Source of the DNA: an uncultured Nitrospiraceae bacterium
GTDB taxonomy: Bacteria; Nitrospirota; Nitrospiria; Nitrospirales; Nitrospiraceae
Direction of reading: 5' to 3'
DNA: 64,000 nt
Assembly: GCA_963730935.1 (NCBI GenBank)
Contig: CAVSTP010000002.1
Coordinates: forward strand, 352,001-416,000
Below the pieces are notes generated by a model that did no database searches, was not told the origin of the DNA, and saw only the letters and a list, made by a program, of their open reading frames with translations. The translations under genes were made by a program, and so were the position numbers. This document shows positions 1-10,351 of the stretch, in pieces. Position 1 is the stretch's first letter. Each line of letters opens with the position of its first letter.

Positions 1-401
1 ACGGATAAAGTTCTTTGTCATGATGTCCTCCAGTGGGAATGACTTTCATGAGCGGACCTTGGATTGGCTGCAAAAGCCAAGAGGCGCCTCTATAGCATTA
101 ACAGAGCTTGGAAGGCTAGGATTCTTTATGGTGGAATAATTACGTGTATTTTTGGCAGTAGAGTCTTATTTGCCAGTTTCCTTTTGTTGAATCGAAGCTA
201 TGATCGAAGTTATGCTTGATAGGCTGCTGCAGACAAGGATTCTCATCACTTTAACGGCTCGCCTTGATGCGTTGATCGCGGATCAAGGGTGGCTGTTGGA
301 AGTCATCCGTAATAAACAGCCTGAGGCAGTTCGGATGGGGGAAGCACCTCGGCTAAGGAGAGAGACTGATGGGGAAAGGCGATAAAGGCACACAAACCTT
401 C

Positions 402-524
402 ATGGTTGGCTATCGCCCTTCCGTGTATGCCCGCGAAGGCCGCATGCTGGGGATCAGGCAACCCTTGGATGGACCAATCTTTGACACAGAACGAGATGCC
501 GAGCACAATCGACCATCCCTCTGA
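402..524 (+). pseudogene. Truncated paralog of the small ORF at 2225-2425 (REGRMLGIRQPLDGPIF family)
   Basis: Translates MVGYRPSVYAREGRMLGIRQPLDGPIFDTERDAE, near-identical to the first half of 2225-2425, then diverges and stops. Confidence 0.55.
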
Positions 525-559
525 ATGGCTCAATGTGAAGGAAGACAAGTAAGAAAGGA

Positions 560-712
560 ATGGACCTTTTATTTCTCGAGGCCGCTGCTGCTTTCTCCAA
601 GCATGCTGTGGTCTTGTTGGGCACGGGTACAGTCATTGCCGGCTACCGTGCATATCGTTTCGCTCTTCGGCGGGTCTTTGTGAACCTTGAGTCGACGCCA
701 CTCAAAGCCTAG
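560..712 (+). CDS. Small (50 aa) hydrophobic hypothetical protein
   Basis: Read manually: ATG at 560 after a purine-rich stretch, MDLLFLEAAAAFSKHAVVLLGTGTVIAGYRAYRF..., TAG at 710-712. Confidence 0.35.
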   Translation: MDLLFLEAAAAFSKHAVVLLGTGTVIAGYRAYRFALRRVFVNLESTPLKA

Positions 713-764
713 TTTCATTGCACATGGGAGTCCCTATAGATGTGTGTAGGATTGTTGTTGTCTT

Positions 765-1502
765 CTACCGACCTGGAAACACCACCATTGATTCGCTCGG
801 GACGACAATAGTGTCACCTGACTGCAACTCAAAGTTTTCATTGATTCCGGAGCGAAGCACAATTTCATCGTAACTAGCTGTCAACCGCTTCATGCCAGGC
901 GCACTTTCCGTGAACCGGAAGATGACGATTTGATTTCTGGCAGCGGTCGGGTTGAATCCTCCGGCTATCGTAATACTCTGTAACAATGTCGTTCTGCTCT
1001 TGAGGGGAAATTTGCCGGAAGTTTTCACTTCCCCAAGCACAAAAAAATTCGAGCTATTGACCTCTTTCAAGCTTACTGCGACGACAGGATTTTGCACGTA
1101 CTCCTTCAGCTTAATGGTCATTTCTTCAGCTAATTGCGTGGGCGTTTTTCCAACAGCGACGATGTCACGAATGATCGGCAGGGACGCTCGCCCATCCGGA
1201 CGAACTTGGACGACCTTGGACAGGTCTGGATTTCTCCATACCGTGATGTCCAGCATATCTTCTGCTCCGATGATGTACTCGCTGCTGACGGCGTTTGAGA
1301 GTTTTTCCATCACTTGCGCAGGAAGACTGGCATCCTTGTTTATCGGAAAGGTTTTTTCGTTAGACGCAGAAGATGGCGCATCAGCCGGCGTTTTAGCTGG
1401 ACTGACTGCGACCATGGGGGCAGACTCTGAAAATCCAACACTCGGAGCCCAGATCACCGAGAGCAACACCATTAATACGAATAATGCGCGTGCCATAAAC
1501 AT
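765..1502 (-). CDS. Polysaccharide biosynthesis/export family protein (Wza-like, Poly_export + SLBB)
   Basis: Signal peptide; YIIGAEDMLDITVW, VRPDGRASLP, VLGEVKTSGKF, AGGFNPTA, LQSGDTIVVP motifs. Confidence 0.9.
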   Translation of the reverse strand: MFMARALFVLMVLLSVIWAPSVGFSESAPMVAVSPAKTPADAPSSASNEKTFPINKDASLPAQVMEKLSNAVSSEYIIGAEDMLDITVWRNPDLSKVVQVRPDGRASLPIIRDIVAVGKTPTQLAEEMTIKLKEYVQNPVVAVSLKEVNSSNFFVLGEVKTSGKFPLKSRTTLLQSITIAGGFNPTAARNQIVIFRFTESAPGMKRLTASYDEIVLRSGINENFELQSGDTIVVPSESMVVFPGR

Positions 1503-1888
1503 TCGCCCTCCTGTCTTTGCAGCAACCCCTGTTTGAGAATGCTGCGTATCTCAGTCGCTGACAAATGTGCGTACCGGCTCATCACGCCTGACAAAGCTCC
1601 AACTCGCTCGTTATGAACAAGCCGACAGAGATGACAGACAAGAAGAGGGTTCAAGTTAGAATAAGGTTCGCAGACTAACCCGTCAATGACCAGTCTTTCA
1701 TTGCTCACGTTCAAGAAGGGCTAGCAAAGACCCTTGATTGCGATTACTCAAAGCCTAGATCCACTAGGATGGCTGAAATGGGCCACCATCCCAACGTAGA
1801 ACAAGTAGCCTGCCTCTGGTATGGTCGAGATTCCATCCGAGTCGTCACCCCGAGTCGTCACCTTTTAGTTTTTAAACTTGGGTCACCT

Positions 1889-2222
1889 ATGAATTATTTA
1901 GAAGGTTCTGTTTGGAGGAAATGGGACTTACATGTGCACACGCCGGCGTCAATCGGCCACCACTACAGTATTGAGGCGAAGATCCATGGCACACTTTCAT
2001 AGACCAGTTAGAACAACTACCGGCCGACATCAAGGTTCTCGGAGTAAACGATTATATTTTTATAGATGGCTATAAAAGACTGCGCCAGGAAAAGGCACAG
2101 GGAAGAATCCCTAATATAGATCTTCTATTGCCTGTCATAGAACTGAGACTGGATAAATTTGGAGGATCACCAGGTCATCTAAGCCGAGTGAACTATCATG
2201 TCATTTTCTCAGACGACGTTGC
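1889..2222 (+). pseudogene. Frameshifted, truncated N-terminal PHP domain of a TrlF/Ppl-like PHP-ATPase
   Basis: MNYLEGSVWRKWDLHVHTPAS, a frameshift near 1970, then ...DIKVLGVNDYIFIDGY...LLPVIELRLDKFGG...RVNYHVIFSDDV; AT-rich; no ATPase domain follows. Confidence 0.75.
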
Positions 2223-2224
2223 TC

Positions 2225-2425
2225 ATGATGGGCTTCCGGCCAGTCGTGCGAGCCCGTGAGGGCCGCATGCTTGGCATCCGTCAGCCACTAGACGGACCCA
2301 TCTTCGAAACGATGAGAGATGCTGAGAACTGGTGCATCCATGCCATGATCAGTCACTTCGATAGACGGCTTGGCATGTCGGATGCGACGATTGAACCGTT
2401 CAAAGGGATGGTGCTTTGTTTCTGA
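2225..2425 (+). CDS. Small hypothetical protein (paralog fragments at 402 and 60361)
   Basis: ORF whose two halves are conserved at protein level in two other places in the window. Confidence 0.55.
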   Translation: MMGFRPVVRAREGRMLGIRQPLDGPIFETMRDAENWCIHAMISHFDRRLGMSDATIEPFKGMVLCF

Positions 2426-2514
2426 AGGACGTCTAAGCACTGCAGCCGTTTTCCACGTGCTTATTTACCATTCCGAAGCCTGACTAGAGGTTCGGATTCT
2501 CATTCTGAATCGTT

Positions 2515-2880
2515 ATGCATCAATTGCGACCCTGCTTTTTCGGACTGGTTCTCATCACAATAGCCCGATGTTCCGGAGGGGAGGAGGGCAATCAAGGAAA
2601 TCCTGGAGCGACGGTGTCATTGATGTGGGATCCAGTTATTGATGCATTGCCGATCAGCTATACGGTGCATTATGGTAAGGAATCGCCTCGCAATGTCGGA
2701 TCATGCAAGTACGAGTATTCTTTGAGCACGTCCGAACCCTTTGCCACCATCACCGATCTTGAATTTGATGCGATCTACTACTTTGCCGTCAGTGCCTTCA
2801 ACGGACTTCGCGGCCCTTGTTCCAACGAGCTAGTAAAAGTGACCGGAAAACCGGGACAGAACACACCACAAAGCCAATAA
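2515..2880 (+). CDS. Exported (lipoprotein-like) fibronectin type III domain protein
   Basis: Hydrophobic N-terminus with Cys; VSLMWDP..SYTVHYG..ITDLEFDAIYYFAVSAFN..GPCSNE FN3 pattern. Confidence 0.75.
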   Translation: MHQLRPCFFGLVLITIARCSGGEEGNQGNPGATVSLMWDPVIDALPISYTVHYGKESPRNVGSCKYEYSLSTSEPFATITDLEFDAIYYFAVSAFNGLRGPCSNELVKVTGKPGQNTPQSQ

Positions 2881-2993
2881 CAACACTGTTCGGCTGTTCC
2901 GCTGTGTGCCGCTGCGTTCCGCCGTGTTTTCCACATATCATATGCTGTCAAGTGCTAGTACCTATCGAGGACACCGTGCTATGCTCCCGCGCC

Positions 2994-3182
2994 ATGGCAA
3001 AAAAGACAGAAGTTGAAAAGGGGGGGGCCTGGATCTTCCGAGACATCCCCCGCGATCTGATGAAGCGCGCAAAGATCGCCGCCGCTGTCGAGGGCAAAAC
3101 GATTAAGGCGCTGGTGCTCGAGGCGCTTGAAGGAAAGATCCAGGAACTCGAGAAGAAGGGATTACTTCCCAAAGGTAAGTAA
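2994..3182 (+). CDS. Ribbon-helix-helix-type small DNA-binding protein
   Basis: WIFRDIPRDLMKRAKIAAAVEGKTIKALVLEAL beta-alpha-alpha pattern; paralog of 52057 and 60797. Confidence 0.75.
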   Translation: MAKKTEVEKGGAWIFRDIPRDLMKRAKIAAAVEGKTIKALVLEALEGKIQELEKKGLLPKGK

Positions 3183-3184
3183 GA

Positions 3185-3385
3185 ATGACCACGCAGCCCC
3201 GTCCCACAATCAACTATCCAAAGAACTGCGGACATCAGGCCTGTACGTGTCAGGCACGGGAACATAGCTCGTTTTGTAGTGATGCCTGCGAGCAGGCCTC
3301 ACCGCCTCTCCCAGGAGCCACCTGCCCGTGCGAGCATCCTGGCTGTGAGAAGTCATCTGTCGCTGAAAGCAGCGGATTCGGCTGA
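3185..3385 (+). CDS. Metallothionein-like Cys-rich small protein
   Basis: CGHQACTC..FCSDAC..CPCEHPGC in 66 aa. Confidence 0.65.
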   Translation: MTTQPRPTINYPKNCGHQACTCQAREHSSFCSDACEQASPPLPGATCPCEHPGCEKSSVAESSGFG

Positions 3386-3487
3386 CTTCTCGTCGTTAAA
3401 CCCTCATCGTTTACCAATCACGGCCACCCTTATTTCGCTTAATTCGTTAAATTCGCCAATGGGCTTGGAAAGTTGTGTGCTCATAGA

Positions 3488-3561
3488 CACGGACACTTTC
3501 ACGGACACCGGAACCATTTTTCGCGGTTCCGGGCAGTCTTGGAAGATGGAAGTGATTGATT
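3488..3561 (-). repeat. att-arm-like region: IHF-like site and two TGTCCGTG direct repeats 3' of tRNA-Arg
   Basis: Minus strand AATCAATCACTT (3550-3561); TGTCCGTG at 3488-3495 and 3500-3507; same layout follows tRNA-fMet. Confidence 0.6.
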
Positions 3562-3565
3562 TAAT

Positions 3566-3642
3566 TGGTGCGCCCGGCAGGAATTGAACCTGCGACCTGC
3601 GGGTTCGAAGCCCGACGCTCTATCCAACTGAGCTACGGGCGC
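3566..3642 (-). tRNA. tRNA-Arg (anticodon TCG)
   Basis: GCGCCCGTAGCTCAGTTGGATAGAGCGTCGGGCTTCGAACCCGCAGGTCGCAGGTTCAATTCCTGCCGGGCGCACCA, 77-nt cloverleaf with CCA. Confidence 0.97.
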
Positions 3643-3697
3643 CCGAAGCTATTTCAAGCACTTTTCCCAAGAAATTGTCAAGGATAGGTGCAGGTGG

Positions 3698-4198
3698 TCA
3701 GAGCTGCCTCAGAATAGTTGTTGCCAATTCGTCGACCGACCGGCCGTCCGTGGCGATAGTCAGGTCAGCCGCGGCCTGATATTTTGGCGTTCGTTCAGTG
3801 AGGACATCTCGAATCTCTTCCACATGGGACTTCGTACCGGTGAGCGACGGTCGCTTGGTATCGCCGCCGATTCGGGCTGCGATGGTCTCCACCGAAGCCG
3901 TCAGCCAAATCAGCCGTCCGTTGCGCTTGAAGACCTCCACGTTTTGCTGACGTAAAATCGCGCCCCCTCCTGTATCGATAACGAGGTTGTTCTGTCCCGC
4001 AAGTTCCTGGCAGACAGCGCTCTCTAGATCGCGAAAGTAGTCCCAACCATGAGCGGCGACAATATCGGGGATTGACGAGCCTGCGCGCCGGACGATTTCT
4101 CTATCGGTCGAGACGAGGGGACGGCCAAGCCGGGCCGCCACAACTTTTCCCACGGTGCTCTTGCCGGTCCCTCGGTACCCGATCAGGACAACGTTCAT
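3698..4198 (-). CDS. aroK: Shikimate kinase
   Basis: LIGYRGTGKST P-loop, VIDTGGG, RPSL motifs. Confidence 0.95.
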   Translation of the reverse strand: MNVVLIGYRGTGKSTVGKVVAARLGRPLVSTDREIVRRAGSSIPDIVAAHGWDYFRDLESAVCQELAGQNNLVIDTGGGAILRQQNVEVFKRNGRLIWLTASVETIAARIGGDTKRPSLTGTKSHVEEIRDVLTERTPKYQAAADLTIATDGRSVDELATTILRQL

Positions 4199-4232
4199 CG
4201 CCTACCATGAGCTGATGGCCGACCGCAGGTCA

Positions 4233-5096
4233 TCATTTCAGGCGGGACTCCAACACGGCACGCATGACGTGCGTGGGAGCGGATTGGCCTGTCCAGCGTT
4301 CGAACTGCGCCGCGGCCTGATAGAGGAACATTTCAAGGCCAGAAATCGTCCGGCAGCCGGCAGCCTTCGCATCGGTAAGCAGCTGGGTGTCGCGGGGATT
4401 ATAGACAATATCCATGACCGTCAGGCCGGGATGGAGGAGATGAGTCGGCACACAGCTCATGCCAGTCTTTGGCGACATGCCGATCGGCGTACAGTGAACC
4501 AACACTCGGGCCTCCGCCAGGGCGGTCTTGAGAGACTGCTCTTCGAGAAAAGCGTCCTCGACCTGTACGGCCGTCTTCTGCATCAAATCCGAGGCCAGCC
4601 CTCGTCGTTCCTGATCCTCGATCCCCAAAAGATGCATGCGGGCAATCCCGGCCTCTGTTGCAAGCGCAAATGCGATCGCGCGCGCCGCTCCCCCTGAACC
4701 GAGGATGACCACGGGTTCGCCGCTCAGCGGAGCATTTCCCTCTTTCAACGCACGAAGTGCACCGGTGGCATCGGTGTTTGCGCCGAGTAATTTCCCGTTC
4801 TGCGAGACGATGGTATTGATGGCGCCGATGTGGCGTGCCATCGTTTCTACTTCGTCTAGACAGGGCAGAACCGCCACCTTATGCGGAATGGTCACGCTCG
4901 CACCGCGAAAATTGCCAAGTGCCCGGAGCCCCTTGACGGCATCCCCGATGGCTTCGACCTTCCAGGCCAGATAGACAAAGTTGAGGCCGAGCGTTTGAAA
5001 GGCCGCGTTGTGAATCACGGGGGAGAGGGAATGCTCGATAGGGTTTCCAATCACCCCGCAAAATTGCGTCGTGGCATCGATCTCCATCGCGTTCAT
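4233..5096 (-). CDS. aroE: Shikimate dehydrogenase
   Basis: GNPIEHSLSP, SVTIPHK, NTDATG, GSGGAA, DIVYNP; start overlaps the SDR stop. Confidence 0.95.
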   Translation of the reverse strand: MNAMEIDATTQFCGVIGNPIEHSLSPVIHNAAFQTLGLNFVYLAWKVEAIGDAVKGLRALGNFRGASVTIPHKVAVLPCLDEVETMARHIGAINTIVSQNGKLLGANTDATGALRALKEGNAPLSGEPVVILGSGGAARAIAFALATEAGIARMHLLGIEDQERRGLASDLMQKTAVQVEDAFLEEQSLKTALAEARVLVHCTPIGMSPKTGMSCVPTHLLHPGLTVMDIVYNPRDTQLLTDAKAAGCRTISGLEMFLYQAAAQFERWTGQSAPTHVMRAVLESRLK

Positions 5097-5854
5097 CCCT
5101 TGGACACGGTCATACCGCCGTCGATCGTGAATGTCCCACCCGTCACCCATCCCGCTTCGTCGGACGCCAGGTACAGCACCATATTCGCGACTTCTTCTGG
5201 GGTGCCAGGCCGTCGTAGGGCATAGTGATTGAGAATCGGTTGAAGCATATCCGGATTGGCCATCAGAGGAGCGGCCATCGGCGTGTCGATCAAACCGGGA
5301 TTGACGATGTTGCAGCGAATCCCGTCCTTGGCATAATCGATCGCAAGCGCGCGCGTAAGGGCATCGACGCCCCCCTTCGTAGCCGCGTAGGCCGGGGCGC
5401 CGGGAATACCGACTAGGCTCGCGACCGAGGAAATGTTCACAATCGCACCGCGGCCTTGCTTGAGCATCTGAGGAACAACGGCCCTGGTCATGCGGAAAAC
5501 ACCCGTCAGGTTCACATCAAGAAGCGTCGCCCACGTGGCGTCGTCTGTTTCATGAATGCGCTTCCCGAAGTCTCCGATTCCGGCATTGTTGACCAGGATG
5601 TCGATGCGTCCGAAGCTGTCGAGTGTCCGCTGCATCACGTCCCGTACATGCAGCTCGTCAGTCACCGACCCTGCGACAGCCAAACCTTTACCTTTGTTAT
5701 GTCTGATCCCACTCATCACACGGTCGAGCTCCGATTGCCTTCGGCCGGTGATGACCACCGCAGCCCCTTCCGCGGCGAAGCGCTTAGCGACCGCTTCTCC
5801 GATGCCCGCATTGCCGCCGGTCACGATGGCCACCTTCCCCTCTAGTCGGTTCAT
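5093..5854 (-). CDS. SDR family oxidoreductase
   Basis: TGGNAGIG, NNAG, YAATK, NPG motifs. Confidence 0.93.
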   Translation of the reverse strand: MNRLEGKVAIVTGGNAGIGEAVAKRFAAEGAAVVITGRRQSELDRVMSGIRHNKGKGLAVAGSVTDELHVRDVMQRTLDSFGRIDILVNNAGIGDFGKRIHETDDATWATLLDVNLTGVFRMTRAVVPQMLKQGRGAIVNISSVASLVGIPGAPAYAATKGGVDALTRALAIDYAKDGIRCNIVNPGLIDTPMAAPLMANPDMLQPILNHYALRRPGTPEEVANMVLYLASDEAGWVTGGTFTIDGGMTVSKG

Positions 5855-6726
5855 CGCGTCTCGTCCTTTCCGTTTTCCTCCGCTGGCCCGTCGTCTTCAG
5901 GACCCGACGGCGTAGTCCCACGTGACCAGAAACCCGGCTCCACCTTTCTTGCTACCGTGAGGAATCCGGAATGCGCAACCATCCGATGATCCGGTCGAAC
6001 GCTGCGCCCTTGGACCGACCAGGTACGAAGGAGAGTTTCAAAGGTCTCGACCATGGCAAACACGGCAGCGTGTTGCAACGCCGCCACGGTCTGCTGAACC
6101 TGAGGTACGGTGGGGACAAAGCTCAGATAGATCCCGCCCGATCTCAGCACTCGTGCGGCGTGTGGCACCACCTGCCAGGGCTCAGGAAGATCCAACACGA
6201 CACGATCAAAAGGCACTCCGTCGTCCAGAAGTTGGATCCCTTGATACGCATTGTTCCGGAGCGCAACAAGATTCGGGACTGCGCCCATATACCGTTCGAT
6301 ATTGAGTCTTGCCGTTCTTGCAAAATCTTCCCGAGCTTCATATGTGACCACGAGGCCTCGTGGTCCGACAGCCCGAAGCAGCGCCATGGTTAGGGCACCC
6401 GACCCGGTGCCTGCTTCAAACACCCGCGCGCCTGGATAGACATCGGCCCACATCTGGATGAGAGCCAGATCTTTGGGATACAGCACTTGTGCGCCTCGAG
6501 GCATTTTCAAGACGTAATCCCCGAAGGTCGGGCGCAGGGCCAGCATCGACTTACCGCCAGAAAGCGTCACGATCGAACCATCCACCTTATCGATGAGAGC
6601 GTCGTGCGCAATTTTGTGACCGCTCAGTTGATAGAAATCGCCGGCTTTGAGCGTCAAGGCGTAGTGGCGGCCCTTCGCATCGACGAGATGAATGCGTTCG
6701 CCGTTCTGCAATCGAGCATGTGACAT
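5851..6726 (-). CDS. trmI: tRNA (adenine58-N1)-methyltransferase
   Basis: MPRGAQVLYPKD, EAGTGSGALT, LDLPEPW, RPDHRMVAHSGF. Confidence 0.93.
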   Translation of the reverse strand: MSHARLQNGERIHLVDAKGRHYALTLKAGDFYQLSGHKIAHDALIDKVDGSIVTLSGGKSMLALRPTFGDYVLKMPRGAQVLYPKDLALIQMWADVYPGARVFEAGTGSGALTMALLRAVGPRGLVVTYEAREDFARTARLNIERYMGAVPNLVALRNNAYQGIQLLDDGVPFDRVVLDLPEPWQVVPHAARVLRSGGIYLSFVPTVPQVQQTVAALQHAAVFAMVETFETLLRTWSVQGRSVRPDHRMVAHSGFLTVARKVEPGFWSRGTTPSGPEDDGPAEENGKDETR

Positions 6727-7148
6727 GACGCGCCATTCTAGAAGCGGACCGGCGGCTTTTCAACAACAGCGCGGATGGCCCTCCGGTCCTTTCCCCTTCT
6801 GATGTATCGCGCATCGCATGACATTTTAAGGCCGGCTGACAACTTATCCCGCATGTGACAAATCTGCCCGGCCCTATCTCAAACCCTACACATTCGCAGC
6901 AGGATTGCCTCAGGACGCATCAACCCTTCTTCATTAAGTCCTTCTAATAGTCCCAATATTTCATGACGATCGCGAAGAAAAATTCTCATGATCAATCCAG
7001 CATAGGAATTGCTGCGTAGATACCTGCAGCGGACAGGAGTGAATCTTTTGCAGCGGGATTGCCTCTCAGTAAAGGAGACTTAATGAAATATGGTCATCGA
7101 GAACGTACCGGGGGCCGCTGAGAGAAGAAGGTTGAGGAGGATGATCAC

Positions 7149-8402
<1,254 letters not shown>

Positions 8403-8424
8403 CACATCGAACAAGGGCGATGAC

Positions 8425-8460
8425 GGGGTGAGGAGTCAGCTCCTCACCCCATTGTTTTTT
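8425..8460 (+). terminator. Intrinsic terminator after the sigma factor gene
   Basis: GGGGTGAGGAG-TCAG-CTCCTCACCCC perfect stem followed by a T-rich tail. Confidence 0.75.
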
Positions 8461-8507
8461 GGGCATGGCTTTTCCTGGGAGTGGAGTTATGCGAGAATGG
8501 TTCTGAG

Positions 8508-9551
8508 TTTATGCCACCGCCCAGCGCCACCTGCCGCGTTCTGTGGATCACTAGCCTGATAGCATTTCTTGCCTATGGCTCCGCCTGGGGGGCACCGTGT
8601 GGAAATGTCACGTCCAGCGAGAAGAACCTTTCCGTTCCCGCCGTCGTCGCGAAAGTCCGCTCATCCGTGGTCACAATTCTGACGCGGGGAGTGCCGGCAA
8701 GTCCCTCGCAGACCCAGTCGGGCTCCGGCTCCGGAGTCATTATCGACGACGGCGGATACATATTGACCAACAACCACCTGGTGACCGGCGTCAAGAGCAT
8801 GGTGGTCGGACTGTCTACCGGCCGTCTGACGCCTGGCCGTGTCGTGGCGCGAGATTTCCTCCTCGACCTAGCCTTGGTCAAAATCAATGCACAAGATCTT
8901 GTGGCTGCAACGCTGCACCAAAAGCCGGACTTGGAAATCGGAGAGTCTGTTGTGGCGATCGGCAATCCCCTGGCACTAAAGGGAGGGTCGACCGTTACCG
9001 TCGGCGTTGTCAGCGCGCTGGACCGGTCGGTCTTGACTCCCGATGGTGAAACCCTCTACGACTTGATTCAAACTGATGCGGCCATCAACCCGGGCAACAG
9101 CGGCGGCCCGCTGGTCGACCTATCGGGCCGAGTCGTGGGCATCAATGTGATCATCGCGCCGTCGGCACAAGCGATCAGTTATGCCCTCTCAATGGAAGCC
9201 ATTTATCCCCATATCCAATCAATGATGGTCCGCGGATCCATCTACCGGCCGGACCTCGGATTCACGCCGGTCACGATCACCCCGAGCATCATGGCAAGCT
9301 TCGGCCTGGAAGGCGACCGCGGTGTGCTGGCCTTGCAGGTCGACTCCGCAAAACCAGCGGGGCTCGGCGGACTCCAAAACGGCGACATTATCACGGCAGT
9401 CGACCAGCATCAGGTGTTCAACATGGGTGATTTCTGGCATGCGCTGCTTCGCTCAGGAGATCAACCCACGGTGCAATTGACCTTGCACGGGAAAAGCGGT
9501 CCGGCAACCCTTCAACTGCCGAAACCGGCCGCGCTCAAGGCAGCACAGTGA
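8508..9551 (+). CDS. HtrA/DegS-like trypsin serine protease with PDZ domain
   Basis: GSGSGVI, LTNNH, DLALVK, QTDAAINPGNSGGPL; start uncertain. Confidence 0.92.
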   Translation, partial: FMPPPSATCRVLWITSLIAFLAYGSAWGAPCGNVTSSEKNLSVPAVVAKVRSSVVTILTRGVPASPSQTQSGSGSGVIIDDGGYILTNNHLVTGVKSMVVGLSTGRLTPGRVVARDFLLDLALVKINAQDLVAATLHQKPDLEIGESVVAIGNPLALKGGSTVTVGVVSALDRSVLTPDGETLYDLIQTDAAINPGNSGGPLVDLSGRVVGINVIIAPSAQAISYALSMEAIYPHIQSMMVRGSIYRPDLGFTPVTITPSIMASFGLEGDRGVLALQVDSAKPAGLGGLQNGDIITAVDQHQVFNMGDFWHALLRSGDQPTVQLTLHGKSGPATLQLPKPAALKAAQ

Positions 9552-10291
9552 CTCTCATTGAAGCGGCCATAGCGCAAACCCCGGGTCATGGATTGCCGCT
9601 GATAACGAATCCTCCTCAACCAGGTGTGCTGATGACGTTTAGAAAACCGGTGGGCTATTCAGCCGCCTGGTCGCTTCAACAACAATTCCATGCCGAACGG
9701 CTTTTGGGGAACCGCCCGGACACGCTGATGTTACTTCAACATCTTCCTGTCTATACCGCGGGGCGCCGAACAAGACCGGTCCATCTTCATCCAGAGGTTG
9801 CTTCTTCGGGCGATCTCGGAGCCCCCGTTGTGGCAGTCAACCGTGGCGGATCGGTGACCTATCACGGACCTGGCCAGCTGGTCGCCTACCCGATTTTTTC
9901 GCTCTCACGCTATGCACAGGGAGCGAAGGCCTATGTGCATTTGCTCGAAGAGGTACTCATTCGGACACTCCGAGGTTGGGATATCCATGGATACCGGGTG
10001 GAAAAGGCACCGGGCATTTGGGGGCGCGACCGACAGGGCGAGGCCAAAATTGCCTCAATCGGTGCACGGATCGACCGAGGAATCACCTTGCATGGCTTTG
10101 CGCTGAACGTCACCAATGACCTTGTTCCGTTCTCGCGCATCGTGCCCTGCGGGCTTGAGGGGTGCCGCATGACGTCCCTGGCGCAAATTACGCAAACGCC
10201 GGTCTCCGTGCATGTGGTCGCCGAAGAACTCGCCAAGACCTTTTCTACCGTCTTTCACGTTGAATGGACTCATTCTTCCCTGGAAGAGTGA
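9548..10291 (+). CDS. lipB: Lipoyl(octanoyl) transferase
   Basis: QHLPVYTAGR, RGGSVTYHGPGQLVAYP, KIASIG, HGFALN, IVPCG. Confidence 0.95.
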   Translation: MTLIEAAIAQTPGHGLPLITNPPQPGVLMTFRKPVGYSAAWSLQQQFHAERLLGNRPDTLMLLQHLPVYTAGRRTRPVHLHPEVASSGDLGAPVVAVNRGGSVTYHGPGQLVAYPIFSLSRYAQGAKAYVHLLEEVLIRTLRGWDIHGYRVEKAPGIWGRDRQGEAKIASIGARIDRGITLHGFALNVTNDLVPFSRIVPCGLEGCRMTSLAQITQTPVSVHVVAEELAKTFSTVFHVEWTHSSLEE

Positions 10292-10351
10292 TGAAAATAG
10301 AGATCGAGACACAACGGGTCGTTGACACGAAGAAGGAACACTGACGCACGT

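Noticed and set aside
2487..2502. T-arm-like AGAGGTTCGGATTCTC as a tRNA fragment
   Set aside because: Several mismatches and no acceptor-stem sequence.
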